A stretch of 64,000 bases of DNA. Source: an uncultured virus (IMG/VR IMGVR_UViG_2636415949_000001). Taxonomy: Duplodnaviria; Heunggongvirae; Uroviricota; Caudoviricetes. A model generated the notes under the pieces. It saw only the letters and a list, made by a program, of their open reading frames with translations. It did not search any database and was not told where the DNA came from. Made by a program: the position numbers and the translations under genes. Below are positions 18,260-28,223 of the stretch, in pieces. How positions within the stretch are numbered: position 1 is the stretch's first letter; each line of letters begins with the position of its first letter. The DNA lies in the IMG/VR virus record IMGVR_UViG_2636415949_000001; one strand, written 5' to 3'.

Positions 18260-19377
18260 CTGACGAAAATTACTTAGACGTAGTAAAGGCGCTTGTAGCG
18301 AGCGATGAATATACGAAGCGCGGCGTTAACCTTCAGAATATACCGGCGAGATCGAAGTCGGGTAAGCGCGTAAGGAATGCGTTTGTTCCGCGTGAGGGCT
18401 GGGTGTTTATCGGGTCCGACTTAGGGCAGATTGAGCCTCGGATTCAGGCGCACATAATGTACGAAAAGTACGGCGATGGTTCTATGCGTCAGATCTTTAT
18501 AGACGGCGTTGATCTTTACACGACGATGGCGCAGAAGGTATTCGGACTTGCGGAAGAATACTGCACGGATAAAGCTTACGATCCGACAGGCACGTTCCAG
18601 CCTCGCAGAATGATGAAGACCGGTGTGCTTGCGAAATCTTACGGGCAGACACCGCAGGCATTTGCGCGAAAAATGCACGTAAGTATCGAAGTGGCCGAGA
18701 TGTTTTTTAATAATTTTGACGAACAGTTTCCGTCGTTTACGCAGATGGTTACGGATATTCGCGAGGGAATGAAGCGGTACGGGTACGTTGAAACTCTTTA
18801 CGGACGGAAACGTAGATTTCCGGACTATAAGGAAGTCGCAGCAGCCGTAGCGAAGAACGAACAGCGCTTGATTAGGCTTTACACTGAGCGTAAGCAACTG
18901 CGTAATAAGAAATCGTTAACTCAACGCGATCAAGAACGCCTGGTTAAGCTTCAGTCGGAGATTGATACTCTCGCTGATAAGCGTGGCTTAGTCGGATATT
19001 GGGAACGCGCAGCTTTTAACGCGGTTATCCAGGGAACAGGCGCCGATATTCTGAAGATGAACGGAAATCGAATGGCGCGAATTTGTATGGAGCGTGGTTG
19101 GGAGTTTAACGCAAGTATTCACGATGAAATTAAAATCAGCGTACCAGAAGACGAATTAACGCCGGAAACAGTTGCGCTTATTAAGGACGTTATGACTAAT
19201 ACGGTAAGCTTGTCGGTTCCTCTCGTAACTGACACCGTTATAGAGCCCGCCTGGATGCTCGAAATGAAGCCGGAAGAATATTTTACAGGCGTTGTAAATC
19301 GCGAAGATTATTCGAAAGAAGAAGTTTACGAAAATCAAGTCGCACTTGTACGCAAGTATTGGAAGGGACGTGATTAA
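18250..19377 (+). CDS. polA: Family A DNA polymerase, C-terminal part (palm and fingers)
   Basis: NLQNIP; motif A DLGQIEPR; motif B R..MK......YG; NAVIQGTGAD; motif C IHDEI; own GGAGGTG RBS. Confidence 0.88.
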   Translation: MAITDENYLDVVKALVASDEYTKRGVNLQNIPARSKSGKRVRNAFVPREGWVFIGSDLGQIEPRIQAHIMYEKYGDGSMRQIFIDGVDLYTTMAQKVFGLAEEYCTDKAYDPTGTFQPRRMMKTGVLAKSYGQTPQAFARKMHVSIEVAEMFFNNFDEQFPSFTQMVTDIREGMKRYGYVETLYGRKRRFPDYKEVAAAVAKNEQRLIRLYTERKQLRNKKSLTQRDQERLVKLQSEIDTLADKRGLVGYWERAAFNAVIQGTGADILKMNGNRMARICMERGWEFNASIHDEIKISVPEDELTPETVALIKDVMTNTVSLSVPLVTDTVIEPAWMLEMKPEEYFTGVVNREDYSKEEVYENQVALVRKYWKGRD

Positions 19378-20436
19378 TTGACGAACGCAAACGCACGATC
19401 AGCCGCAAATTCACTGCGCGCCCAATTAGCGCCGGCGCCCGAGCCGACCACATACGCGCAGCAGATTGCGGATGAACTCATCGAATATCTAAACGAATGG
19501 CACTCGCTGCCTGAAACGTGGGATAACGCACTGGACGCGCAGATACACCGATGGTACGCAGATGCTCCGAAAGTATTTCCGAAGAAGCCGTATTTCTCGC
19601 CGTCATCTGCGAATGCCTGCCCGCGTGAACTTTATCATAAGGCGCTAGGCGATCCGAGAGACATAACGCGCAAGCCTCCGTATCAGGGGCGCTGGACGCG
19701 TATCGGAACGGCAATCGGCGATATGATCCAGCGCGATTTGCTCTTTATGGAAAAACATTTCGAAAAGAAAGTCGGCCGGCCTTGCCCGTTCAGCTTCGAA
19801 CGTAATCCGGACGGCACGCCGATGTTCGAGGACTTCGCCAAGCGGAACCATAAGATCGAGCGCGCTGGCAAGACGTTTCACCTCTTCGGAACATGCGACG
19901 GCATCATGCGCTATGTCACCGAAGATGGCGAAGTATTGCGCGTGGGCCTCGAAATCAAGTCGAAGCAAACGAGCGCAGCCCGTACGTCTTTCTATTCGCT
20001 GAAGAAGCCGGACGAAAAACACGTTAAGCAGTGTGTCGCTTATGCGGAGATGTATGGCGTCGACTTATACGTGATCCTCTACGTAAATGCGTCGAAGAAG
20101 GCGTGGGAGTACGAAGAAGGAGAATTCGAAAAGTCGCCGGACATCCGGGCGTTTGGCCTCGAAATTGGACGCGAAGACATCGATGTACTGCTCGATAGAT
20201 TCGTAGAAATTCAGAATTCGATTGACGACGGCAAGCCGATGGCGGTCGACCTTAACGGCTGGACATTCAACGGATACAAAACGGCTATTGCGCAATCGCT
20301 TACGGCGGCCGAACTGGAAGCCATCCGTGAAAAGGTTTCGCGAGTCAAACGGTCAAACGTCTTTGATTCTACGAAAAGGCAGTACGCCGGGGCGCTGGAA
20401 TTTATCGAAAAAGTACGCAAAGGGGAGGCGGTTTGA
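19378..20436 (+). CDS. PD-(D/E)XK exonuclease (Cas4/RecB-like)
   Basis: FSPSSANACPRELY, GTCDG, LEIKS, Q...Y motifs. Confidence 0.7.
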   Translation: MTNANARSAANSLRAQLAPAPEPTTYAQQIADELIEYLNEWHSLPETWDNALDAQIHRWYADAPKVFPKKPYFSPSSANACPRELYHKALGDPRDITRKPPYQGRWTRIGTAIGDMIQRDLLFMEKHFEKKVGRPCPFSFERNPDGTPMFEDFAKRNHKIERAGKTFHLFGTCDGIMRYVTEDGEVLRVGLEIKSKQTSAARTSFYSLKKPDEKHVKQCVAYAEMYGVDLYVILYVNASKKAWEYEEGEFEKSPDIRAFGLEIGREDIDVLLDRFVEIQNSIDDGKPMAVDLNGWTFNGYKTAIAQSLTAAELEAIREKVSRVKRSNVFDSTKRQYAGALEFIEKVRKGEAV

Positions 20437-20589
20437 TGGCGAGGTTTATTCTTTACACGCTAATTGCGATATTGCTTTCGATTATCATTAACGGTTCGAT
20501 TTCGCTGATGAATCCAGAAGCGGGCGACACACTATCGTTTCCTATCTCCCTTATTTTAGGGCTCATCGCAGGGTGGAAGGCGGTATTAG

Positions 20590-21123
20590 ATGACTAGCGC
20601 CAAGCCTATCCGCATTCTCGCGTTAGACATATCGACTAATCCCGGCTTCGCGGTCCTCGAAGTCAAACGGCTGAAGTCAGGGCCGCGTGTGAATCTCGTA
20701 CACGTAACGTCTGTCAGCACGACGAGCCAGTCGCCGGACAGCTATCGGTATTCCTATATCGAGGCAGCGGCAACGATGGTCCTGCACGAACACGGACCGT
20801 TCGACGTTGTAGTCCGGGAGCATTACACGAAAGGGCGCAATAGGCGATCGACCCAAACGGTGTTTGGTGCGTGGGCTGTCATCGACTTAGCGCTCGGTAA
20901 ATACGGCTATAAGGCGGATGTGGAAATTACACCAACAACGGTTAAAAAGGACGTAACCGGAAAAGGCAGCGCATCAAAAGACGAAGTAGAGGCGGGAGTA
21001 CGGCGGATACTTTCGCTCCCGGCCGACTTTACATTTCGGACAGATGACGAATCAGATGCGGTGGCGATTGGGCTTTCGTATCTTGTCCGCGAGAAGATTA
21101 TAAAACCGGGGGAGGGCGAATAA
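20590..21123 (+). CDS. ruvC: RuvC-like Holliday junction resolvase
   Basis: ILALDIS, VVVRE, VKKDVTGKGSASK, DDESDAVAIG motifs. Confidence 0.88.
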   Translation: MTSAKPIRILALDISTNPGFAVLEVKRLKSGPRVNLVHVTSVSTTSQSPDSYRYSYIEAAATMVLHEHGPFDVVVREHYTKGRNRRSTQTVFGAWAVIDLALGKYGYKADVEITPTTVKKDVTGKGSASKDEVEAGVRRILSLPADFTFRTDDESDAVAIGLSYLVREKIIKPGEGE

Positions 21124-21321
21124 ATGGATCAAGAATATTTTTTAATCGCAGGGAAAACGGAAGGGTTTAGTTATGCGGATGCTAAAGTTCTTCGCTGCGG
21201 CTCCGAAATCGATGCGGAGAGCCTTGTTAACTCACTTAGACACGAGGGCTATTCGATCTTTTACGTCACTAAAACCGTCTATCGAATCGATGATAACGCG
21301 ACTATCGGGGAGGCAGAATAA
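21124..21321 (+). CDS. Hypothetical protein
   Basis: GGAGG RBS, 65 aa. Confidence 0.55.
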   Translation: MDQEYFLIAGKTEGFSYADAKVLRCGSEIDAESLVNSLRHEGYSIFYVTKTVYRIDDNATIGEAE

Positions 21322-21573
21322 ATGGGCAAATACGAACAATACACGCAAGGTATTTTCGGAGCGATTTCTGAGGTCTTTAACGAAGAACCCGAACACTTTG
21401 TTGCGGAATTAGAGGACGTAGACTTGACGGAATTCTTTACTGCCGCAAATATGGCGCTTCTCTTTATGTTCAACGAATTTACAGGCGAACAAAAGAATGC
21501 GCTGGAATTTACGCATGTACTCAATGGATTGGCTGCGCAGAAGGCGGTTGAGTCCGTAAGGGAGGCGGAATGA
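21322..21573 (+). CDS. Hypothetical protein
   Basis: GGAGG RBS, 83 aa. Confidence 0.6.
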   Translation: MGKYEQYTQGIFGAISEVFNEEPEHFVAELEDVDLTEFFTAANMALLFMFNEFTGEQKNALEFTHVLNGLAAQKAVESVREAE

Positions 21574-21935
21574 TGGATCGCATAATAAAGTGGGGGACGA
21601 TCGCGGTAATCGCATTGTTCGTATTTGTTTTCGTGGTAGCGGCGCCGGCATATACGATTGCGTCTTACCATAACGAAAACACTTACGTAATAAAGGTAAC
21701 GGATAAAGAAACGAAAACGTCTGACGATTCCTCGAAGTATCTGATTTTCGGAGATGACGAGAAAGGTAACGCAAAAGTGTTCGAAAACACAGACGCAATA
21801 TTTGCGCGGAAGTTTAATTCCAGCGATCTGTACGCGGAGATTGAAGTCGGTAAGACGTACGAATTCAAGACGATCGGCTTCCGGATTCCATTTATGTCGA
21901 GCTATGAAAACATAATGACGGTAAAGGAGAAGTGA
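21570..21935 (+). CDS. Membrane-anchored or secreted phage protein
   Basis: N-terminal TM helix; VFENTD...KFNSSD...GFRIPFMS.YENI. Confidence 0.7.
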   Translation: MMDRIIKWGTIAVIALFVFVFVVAAPAYTIASYHNENTYVIKVTDKETKTSDDSSKYLIFGDDEKGNAKVFENTDAIFARKFNSSDLYAEIEVGKTYEFKTIGFRIPFMSSYENIMTVKEK

Positions 21936-21939
21936 TCGG

Positions 21940-22185
21940 ATGTTTAAGCGGAGGTTACTCGAAACGCTTTCGTGGCTATGTTCAGGTGTGGCGTATCTTG
22001 TGCCCGTTAGCTTAATGATTTGGTCTGCGGGGTTTCCGGTAGTGAGGACGTTGGCTATAGTAGTTGCCGTATTCGGACTGCTCCTTGTCGGGCTCTACGG
22101 AATCGTCCGTTTTATCTTATGGCTGATCGTCGAACCATACCGCGCACATAAACGCGAGCGAGAAACGGAGGAGACGGCCGAATGA
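21940..22185 (+). CDS. Small membrane protein
   Basis: Two hydrophobic segments; AAGGAG RBS. Confidence 0.6.
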   Translation: MFKRRLLETLSWLCSGVAYLVPVSLMIWSAGFPVVRTLAIVVAVFGLLLVGLYGIVRFILWLIVEPYRAHKRERETEETAE

Positions 22186-22367
22186 TGGGCTCAGCGACGG
22201 ACGCACAGCTACAGCAGATGTTACGGATTCATCGCGAAGGACTTGCCGAAGATGATTACGCAATCAGCCGACATGAACGGCAGCTAATCGAACTGCGGAT
22301 CGAAAGGGATCGGCGGCTTGCGAATATAGCGGCGCTGGAAGAAGAAATCGAGAGACGGAAGGGGTAG
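22182..22367 (+). CDS. Small coiled-coil hypothetical protein
   Basis: Coupled ORF with RBS. Confidence 0.55.
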   Translation: MMGSATDAQLQQMLRIHREGLAEDDYAISRHERQLIELRIERDRRLANIAALEEEIERRKG

Positions 22368-22372
22368 ATCGG

Positions 22373-22729
22373 ATGCTAATCGCCTATTACTCGCTGACAG
22401 GCAACGTCCGCCGATTCGTCGCAAAGACCGGTCTGGCCGCCGTCGAAATTAAGCCGGGTCTGATGATCGCCGAGCCGTTCGTATGCGTGACCGGTACGTA
22501 CGGCTTCGGTCAGGTCGCCGGCACGGTTTCGGATTTCCTTGCGGATAACAGCGACTATCTTGCGGGCGTGGCTGCGTCGGGGAACCGTATATGGGCGGAT
22601 AATTACGCAAAGGCTGCGGATTTGATTGCGGCGCAATATGTCGTGCCGGTGATCGGGCGCTTTGAACTGGCGGGCACGGACGAGGACGTACGACAATTTA
22701 TCGAAAGGGTGAACGCACTTGACGAATAA
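22373..22729 (+). CDS. nrdI: Class Ib RNR flavodoxin NrdI
   Basis: YYSLTGNVRRF, TYGFG, GVAASGNR.W, FELAGT. Confidence 0.93.
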   Translation: MLIAYYSLTGNVRRFVAKTGLAAVEIKPGLMIAEPFVCVTGTYGFGQVAGTVSDFLADNSDYLAGVAASGNRIWADNYAKAADLIAAQYVVPVIGRFELAGTDEDVRQFIERVNALDE

Positions 22730-24818
22730 ACACGCGAGATATATCGAACTTAATAACGAAATCATGATACAGAAGGACGGCCGGTTCCAATTCGAAAAGG
22801 ATATCGAAGCCGTCCGCGCTTATTTTATCGACTACGTAAATCAAAACACCGTATTTTTCCACGACCTTCGCGAAAAGCTCGACTATCTGCGCGAGAACGA
22901 TTACTACGAAACCGAATTCCTTGACGCCTATACGTTCGATGAAATCAAGGCGGTTTATCAGGCGGCTTATGCGCACAAATTCCGATTCCCTTCGTTCATG
23001 AGCGCGTTCAAATTCTACAACGACTATGCGCTGAAGACGAACGACGGAAAGAAGATCCTCGAACGCTACGAAGATCGCGCTTCTATTGTCGCGTTGTTCT
23101 TTGCGGGAGGAGACGCAGCCAAGGCGATCGAGTACGTAAATCTGATTATGCGGCAAGAATACCAACCGTCAACGCCGACGTTCTTAAATGCGGGCCGGAA
23201 GCGACGCGGCGAATTAGTTTCGTGTTTCCTGCTCGAAGTGGGCGACTCGTTGAATGACATCGAAAGGGCCGTCGGGATCTCGATGCAGCTATCGAAAGTA
23301 GGCGGAGGCGTATCGTTGAACTTATCTAAGATTCGCGCGAAAGGTGAATCGATTAAAGGCATCGAGAATGTAACGAAAGGCGCCGTCGGAGTAATGAAGC
23401 TCCTCGATAATGCGTTCCGATATGCGGATCAGCAAGGTCAAAGACAGGGGTCGGGCGCGGCGTATCTAAACGTATTCCATGCGGATATCCACGACTTCCT
23501 CGATACGAAGAAAATCTCGGCAGATGAAGACGTCCGAGTCAAAACGTTATCCATAGGCGTTGTCATCCCGGATAAGTTCATCGAACTGGCGCGAGAGAAT
23601 CGGCCGGCTTACGTTTTCTATCCGCACACCGTTTACAAAGCGTATGGTCAACACTTAGACGAAATGGATATCGGAGAGATGTACGATCAGCTCGTCGATA
23701 ACCCGGACGTCCGTAAAGATAAAATTGACGCGCGTAAGCTACTTGAAAAGCTCGCCGTGCTGCGTTCCGAATCGGGATATCCGTATATCATGTTCGAAGG
23801 CAACGTAAACGCGGAGCATGCGAACAGCCACATATCGAAGGTGAAGTTTTCGAATTTGTGCTCGGAGGTCCTTCAAGCGTCGCAAGTATCGGAATACACC
23901 GACTATGGCGAGCCGGACGAAATCGGCCTCGATATCTCGTGTAATCTTGGATCGCTCAACGTTGCCAACGTTATGGCAAACGGAGACTTCGAAACGATCG
24001 TTAAGCTGTCCGTCGATGCTCTCACGCGAGTCTCGGAAACTTCGAATATCAAGAACGCGCCGGCTGTTGCGCGAGCTAACCGGGAGATGCGTTCGATCGG
24101 CCTCGGCGCAATGAATCTGCACGGATACTTGGCGCAGAACGGTATCGCTTATGAATCGGAAGAAGCGCGGGATTTTGCTAACGTATTCTTCGCGTTGGTG
24201 AATTATTGGTCGCTGGTGCGTTCGATGGAGCTCGCAAAAGAAACCGGCAGCACGTACGAAGGATTCGAAGGGTCGACGTATGCGGACGGTAGCTATTTCG
24301 ATAAATACGTTGCGGGAGACTTCCGTCCTAAAACGGAGAAGGTTGCGCGGCTGTTTGAAGGCGTAATTATTCCAACGCCTATCGGTTGGGCTCGGTTGGA
24401 AGATAACGTGCGCAAATACGGCCTTTATCATTCGTACAGACTTGCGATTGCGCCGACGGGCTCAATTTCGTATGTGCAATCGGCAACGGCGTCGGTCATG
24501 CCGATTATGGAGCGCATCGAGGAGCGTACGTACGGCAATTCGAAGACGTATTATCCGATGCCGGGATTATCGCCGCAGAATTGGTTCTTCTACAAAGAAG
24601 CGTACGACATGGATATGTTTAAGGTCGTCGATATGATCGCAACGATTCAGCAGCACGTCGACCAAGGAATCTCGTTTACGTTGTTTTTGAAAGATACGAT
24701 GACGACGCGCGATCTGAACCGCATTGATTTATACGCGCATCATAAAGGAATTAAAACGCTGTATTATGCGCGTACAAAGGATACAGGGCAGGATACGTGC
24801 TTAAGCTGCGTAGTTTAA
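22719..24818 (+). CDS. nrdE: Class Ib ribonucleotide reductase alpha subunit (uninterrupted)
   Basis: PSTPTFLNAG, LVSCFL, SNLCSE, SCNLGS, APTGSIS, KTLYY, C-terminal CLSC. Confidence 0.96.
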   Translation: MTNKHARYIELNNEIMIQKDGRFQFEKDIEAVRAYFIDYVNQNTVFFHDLREKLDYLRENDYYETEFLDAYTFDEIKAVYQAAYAHKFRFPSFMSAFKFYNDYALKTNDGKKILERYEDRASIVALFFAGGDAAKAIEYVNLIMRQEYQPSTPTFLNAGRKRRGELVSCFLLEVGDSLNDIERAVGISMQLSKVGGGVSLNLSKIRAKGESIKGIENVTKGAVGVMKLLDNAFRYADQQGQRQGSGAAYLNVFHADIHDFLDTKKISADEDVRVKTLSIGVVIPDKFIELARENRPAYVFYPHTVYKAYGQHLDEMDIGEMYDQLVDNPDVRKDKIDARKLLEKLAVLRSESGYPYIMFEGNVNAEHANSHISKVKFSNLCSEVLQASQVSEYTDYGEPDEIGLDISCNLGSLNVANVMANGDFETIVKLSVDALTRVSETSNIKNAPAVARANREMRSIGLGAMNLHGYLAQNGIAYESEEARDFANVFFALVNYWSLVRSMELAKETGSTYEGFEGSTYADGSYFDKYVAGDFRPKTEKVARLFEGVIIPTPIGWARLEDNVRKYGLYHSYRLAIAPTGSISYVQSATASVMPIMERIEERTYGNSKTYYPMPGLSPQNWFFYKEAYDMDMFKVVDMIATIQQHVDQGISFTLFLKDTMTTRDLNRIDLYAHHKGIKTLYYARTKDTGQDTCLSCVV

Positions 24819-24841
24819 ACTCATACAGTTATTAAGGTCTT

Positions 24842-25204
24842 CTAACTATTGTCATTTGGGTACAAATCTTCACATTTACCCGGTGTCATTGTGGCAGGCG
24901 TGCCGTATTTCAGCCCGTAACTAACACAAACCAATTCGGCTTCAACATTGCACTCTCTAATATTCCAATGTACATTTGGCGGGGTAGTTACACAAAAATC
25001 CTGCTTCCCGCAAAGCCAGTCAGGGAACTCTAGGTTCGGAAATCCGATTTCAGGTGACAGTCTTTGCGGTTGTTTACTGATAAAATTTTGAACTTCCTGA
25101 ACTAACTTAGAGAGATGTTGATACTTTGACATTAGCTCTTGAAAATGCTTTATATCCACCGTTACGGTGTCTTTGTTTACTGTTAAGATATCTATTTTAC
25201 TCAC
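24842..25204 (-). CDS. AT-rich Cys-containing hypothetical protein (moron) between nrdE and nrdF
   Basis: Open frame of about 120 aa with AAAGGGGTG RBS-like tract; start uncertain (GTG 25204 or ATA 25195). Confidence 0.55.
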   Translation of the reverse strand: MSKIDILTVNKDTVTVDIKHFQELMSKYQHLSKLVQEVQNFISKQPQRLSPEIGFPNLEFPDWLCGKQDFCVTTPPNVHWNIRECNVEAELVCVSYGLKYGTPATMTPGKCEDLYPNDNS

Positions 25205-25291
25205 CCCTTTCTTTACTTTATTTTGGATTGATCTCAAAAATAAATACCAAATAAATAATAAACAGTTACTAGTTCGAAGGAGGACGAATAA

Positions 25292-26275
25292 TTGACGAAC
25301 GCAAACGCAATCCATACGGCGGCCGACTGGTCGCGTCATGAAGACGACTTTACGCAAATGTTCTACGCGCAGAACGTTAAGCAGTTCTGGCTTCCGGAAG
25401 AGATTTCGCTTAATGGCGATCTCCTTTCGTGGAAGGCGCTGAGCCCGGCCGAGCAGACGACCTACATGCAGGGCCTTGCCGGCCTGACGCTCTTGGACAC
25501 GGAGCAGGGAAATACCGGAATGCCTATCATCGCGCAGCACATCGCCGGCCACCAACGTAAAGCCGTCCTTAATTTCATGGCGATGATGGAGAACGCTGTC
25601 CATGCGAAGTCCTATTCGAACATATTCATGACGATGGCACCGACGGAGACGATCAACGAAGTATTCGAGTGGGTTAAGGTCAATCCGTATTTGCAGCGGA
25701 AGGCGGCGTTGATAACCGGCCTATATCGCGACATAAAAGAAGGCGATGTCCTTTCGCTATATAAGGCGCTTGTGGCTTCGGTTTACCTCGAAAGCTTCCT
25801 GTTTTATTCCGGCTTTTATTATCCGTTATATTTCGCCGGCCAAGGCAAGCTAACGAGCAGCGGCGAGATCATTAACCTTATCATTCGCGATGAGGCGATC
25901 CACGGCGTGTACGTCGGCTTATTGGCGCAGGAGATCTACGGAAAGCAAGAGCCGGGCGTCCAGCTTGAGATGCGCGACTTTGCCGTCGAACTGCTGACGG
26001 AATTGTACGATAATGAGGTCGCATATACCGAGGATCTATACGATGCAGTCGGCTTAACGCACGACGTGAAACGGTTCCTTCGATACAACGCGAATAAGGC
26101 GCTGCAAAATCTCGGCTTCGATCCGTATTTCGAAGAGGAAAGGCCGAATCCTATCGTTATGAACGGACTGAATACGAAGACGAAATCGCACGACTTCTTC
26201 TCGCAAAAAGGAAACGGCTATAAGAAGGCGACGGTCGAAGCGCTAAAGGATTCGGATTTTTATTTCGGCGAATAA
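25292..26275 (+). CDS. nrdF: Class Ib ribonucleotide reductase beta subunit
   Basis: [48 protein letters not shown]. Confidence 0.96.
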   Translation: MTNANAIHTAADWSRHEDDFTQMFYAQNVKQFWLPEEISLNGDLLSWKALSPAEQTTYMQGLAGLTLLDTEQGNTGMPIIAQHIAGHQRKAVLNFMAMMENAVHAKSYSNIFMTMAPTETINEVFEWVKVNPYLQRKAALITGLYRDIKEGDVLSLYKALVASVYLESFLFYSGFYYPLYFAGQGKLTSSGEIINLIIRDEAIHGVYVGLLAQEIYGKQEPGVQLEMRDFAVELLTELYDNEVAYTEDLYDAVGLTHDVKRFLRYNANKALQNLGFDPYFEEERPNPIVMNGLNTKTKSHDFFSQKGNGYKKATVEALKDSDFYFGE

Positions 26276-26277
26276 GC

Positions 26278-26370
26278 GTCCATTTTTCAGAATAGATTCG
26301 CAGTTATATACGAAAGGAAATTATCCGGAGATGTCGCAAAAGTGGCGATTACCTACCCGTTATATAAGTG
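26278..26370 (+). promoter_or_regulatory. Phage promoter motif A (copy 3, 26278) and motif B (copy 2, 26331)
   Basis: Same tandem A+B arrangement as 991-1089. Confidence 0.78.
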
Positions 26371-26385
26371 AGGAGGTCATCGCAT

Positions 26386-26532
26386 ATGAAACGACTTATC
26401 AACGCCACAGCAACGATCATCGCCGGACTGCTTTTCGTTCTACCGTACATCCATACGATAGGATTCCGGTGGTTTTCGATAGTGGCCGTGTTCGCCTTGA
26501 TTGCGATATTAACGAAGGAGGAAACGAAATGA
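26386..26532 (+). CDS. Small membrane protein, 48 aa (not in ORF track)
   Basis: GAGGAGG RBS; hydrophobic; ATGA overlap with dut. Confidence 0.55.
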   Translation: MKRLINATATIIAGLLFVLPYIHTIGFRWFSIVAVFALIAILTKEETK

Positions 26533-27026
26533 ACGTAAATATAAAACGGTTATCACCGGACGCGCAGATTCCGGCTTATGCGCACGCAACAGACGCCGGC
26601 TTCGATTTAGTCGCGGCAAAGGACGTTATTATCGAACCGGGCGAAACTGCGTGTGTGCCGACGGACTTGGCGTTCGAGATTCCGGAAGGTTTCGAAATGC
26701 AGATCCGACCGCGATCCGGTATAACGCTGAAGACTAAACTACGCGTGCAGTTCGGCACTGTAGATTGCGGGTATACGGGAGAAGTCGGAGTGATTGTCGA
26801 TAATATTGCGCCAGACGGAATGGATATCGATTACTACTCAATTTACGGATGTAATTTCGAATGGGGCGCATACAAAATCACGAAAGGAACGCGTATCGCA
26901 CAAGCGGTAATCAAGCCGGTCGAGCAGGCGGCGTTTACGGAAGTTGATGCGCTCGGCGATAGCGATCGAGGTGCGGGCGGCTTCGGGTCATCTGGAACTT
27001 CTATTTATAAGGAACAAAGAATGTAA
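26529..27026 (+). CDS. dut: Trimeric dUTPase
   Basis: AGFDL, RPRSG, GTVDCGYTGE, RIAQ, RGAGGFGSSG; AAGGAGG RBS before ATG 26529. Confidence 0.93.
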   Translation: MNVNIKRLSPDAQIPAYAHATDAGFDLVAAKDVIIEPGETACVPTDLAFEIPEGFEMQIRPRSGITLKTKLRVQFGTVDCGYTGEVGVIVDNIAPDGMDIDYYSIYGCNFEWGAYKITKGTRIAQAVIKPVEQAAFTEVDALGDSDRGAGGFGSSGTSIYKEQRM

Positions 27027-27390
27027 CACATATCCTGTTGCCTTCCGCAAAAGAAGGGCTTTCAAATCTTATTTTAGAAAAGTCAGCAACTCTCCCTCGA
27101 GATAGTGAGCGAGCAAGCTCTTTGATGCCTGTAAGATTTCCGCTTTTATCTAAGGCCGTTAAAAGACGCTCCTCTAAACCATCATTGTCCAGACGACCTT
27201 TAACTGAAGCTGCGGGGAGGCCGTCGTGCAAGCATTTAGCTTCTTCGGATGACTCCGCGTCAATGTGAAACCCGGTTATGGTAAGACCTACCTCATTGAA
27301 GTCTTTAACTTGTAAACTAAGCTTAGAACTTTCTCCGATCTTTCTAAGAACTGTATTTATAATCTCTTGGTCTTCTTGAGTGCTATACAT
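27001..27390 (-). CDS. Hypothetical protein (antisense moron between dut and thyX)
   Basis: AAGGAGG RBS and TATAAT upstream on the minus strand; 129 aa. Confidence 0.65.
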   Translation of the reverse strand: MYSTQEDQEIINTVLRKIGESSKLSLQVKDFNEVGLTITGFHIDAESSEEAKCLHDGLPAASVKGRLDNDGLEERLLTALDKSGNLTGIKELARSLSRGRVADFSKIRFESPSFAEGNRICVTFFVPYK

Positions 27391-27443
27391 GTAAATTCCT
27401 CCTTTTATATAAAATTATAACATGGAAAGGTTGTTTGGTATTG

Positions 27444-28223
27444 ATGAACGTACAGCTAATCGCACATACGCAGATTCACACAGATATACTTGACGAAATG
27501 TTATTCGGAAATATCCCGCATGTTGAAGCGACAGATGGTCAAAGAGTCGCCCTAACCGCAATCAGAACGTGCTACAGCGCCAACAAACCGACCGAAATCG
27601 TCGCAAAGGAAGGCGCCAAGTATTTCGGCTCCAAAGCGTCAGACGGCGGCGCAGGAACGGACGCCGACCGGCTGTTCCGACATATCTTCGCATCCAAACA
27701 CACGTCGACGTTGGAGCATATCTCGTTCACCTTTGCGATCGAAGGCGTCAGCAGGGCGTTACTGGCGCAACTTACTCGCCACAGAGCCGGTTTTAGCTTC
27801 AGCGTCCAGTCACAGCGGTATGTGCGGATGGGGAGCGACGATAGATCGGGCGGATTTGATTACGTGGTCCCGGAGAAAGTTACGAGCGATAAAACGGCGG
27901 ACATGTACGATTTTGTGTACGGAGCGCCAATGACTGATCGTCCAGCCACGGATATATTCGTGGAGGCTATGGAAATATCGCAACTATTCTACGATAAACT
28001 GCGAGAGGCCGGAGTGCCCGCAGAAGATGCCCGCGCCGTCCTGCCGAACGCAGCCGCAACCAATCTCGTAATGACTGCGAATCTGACCGCGTTGCTATCG
28101 TTCTATTCTAAAAGGAAGCCCGGAAAAGGAGCGCAAAAGGAAATCACCGAATTAGCCGAAGCGCTAAGACGCGAAGTGGTCGACGTAGAGCCATGGACTT
28201 CGCAGTTTTTCGAGGAGGTGTAA
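27444..28223 (+). CDS. thyX: Flavin-dependent thymidylate synthase
   Basis: HTSTLEH, SRALLAQLTRHR.GFSFSVQSQRY, EDARAVLP. Confidence 0.93.
   Translation: MNVQLIAHTQIHTDILDEMLFGNIPHVEATDGQRVALTAIRTCYSANKPTEIVAKEGAKYFGSKASDGGAGTDADRLFRHIFASKHTSTLEHISFTFAIEGVSRALLAQLTRHRAGFSFSVQSQRYVRMGSDDRSGGFDYVVPEKVTSDKTADMYDFVYGAPMTDRPATDIFVEAMEISQLFYDKLREAGVPAEDARAVLPNAAATNLVMTANLTALLSFYSKRKPGKGAQKEITELAEALRREVVDVEPWTSQFFEEV

Noticed and set aside
18210..18330. Intron or intein in DNA polymerase
   Set aside because: Gap of about 100 nt with no group I core or intein motifs; the second ORF has its own RBS
23739..24431. 230-aa minus-strand ORF (and similar shadow ORFs elsewhere)
   Set aside because: Antisense to nrdE, with no RBS or recognisable motifs
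22719..26275. SPbeta-like introns or intein in nrdE and nrdF
   Set aside because: Both ORFs are continuous and of normal length
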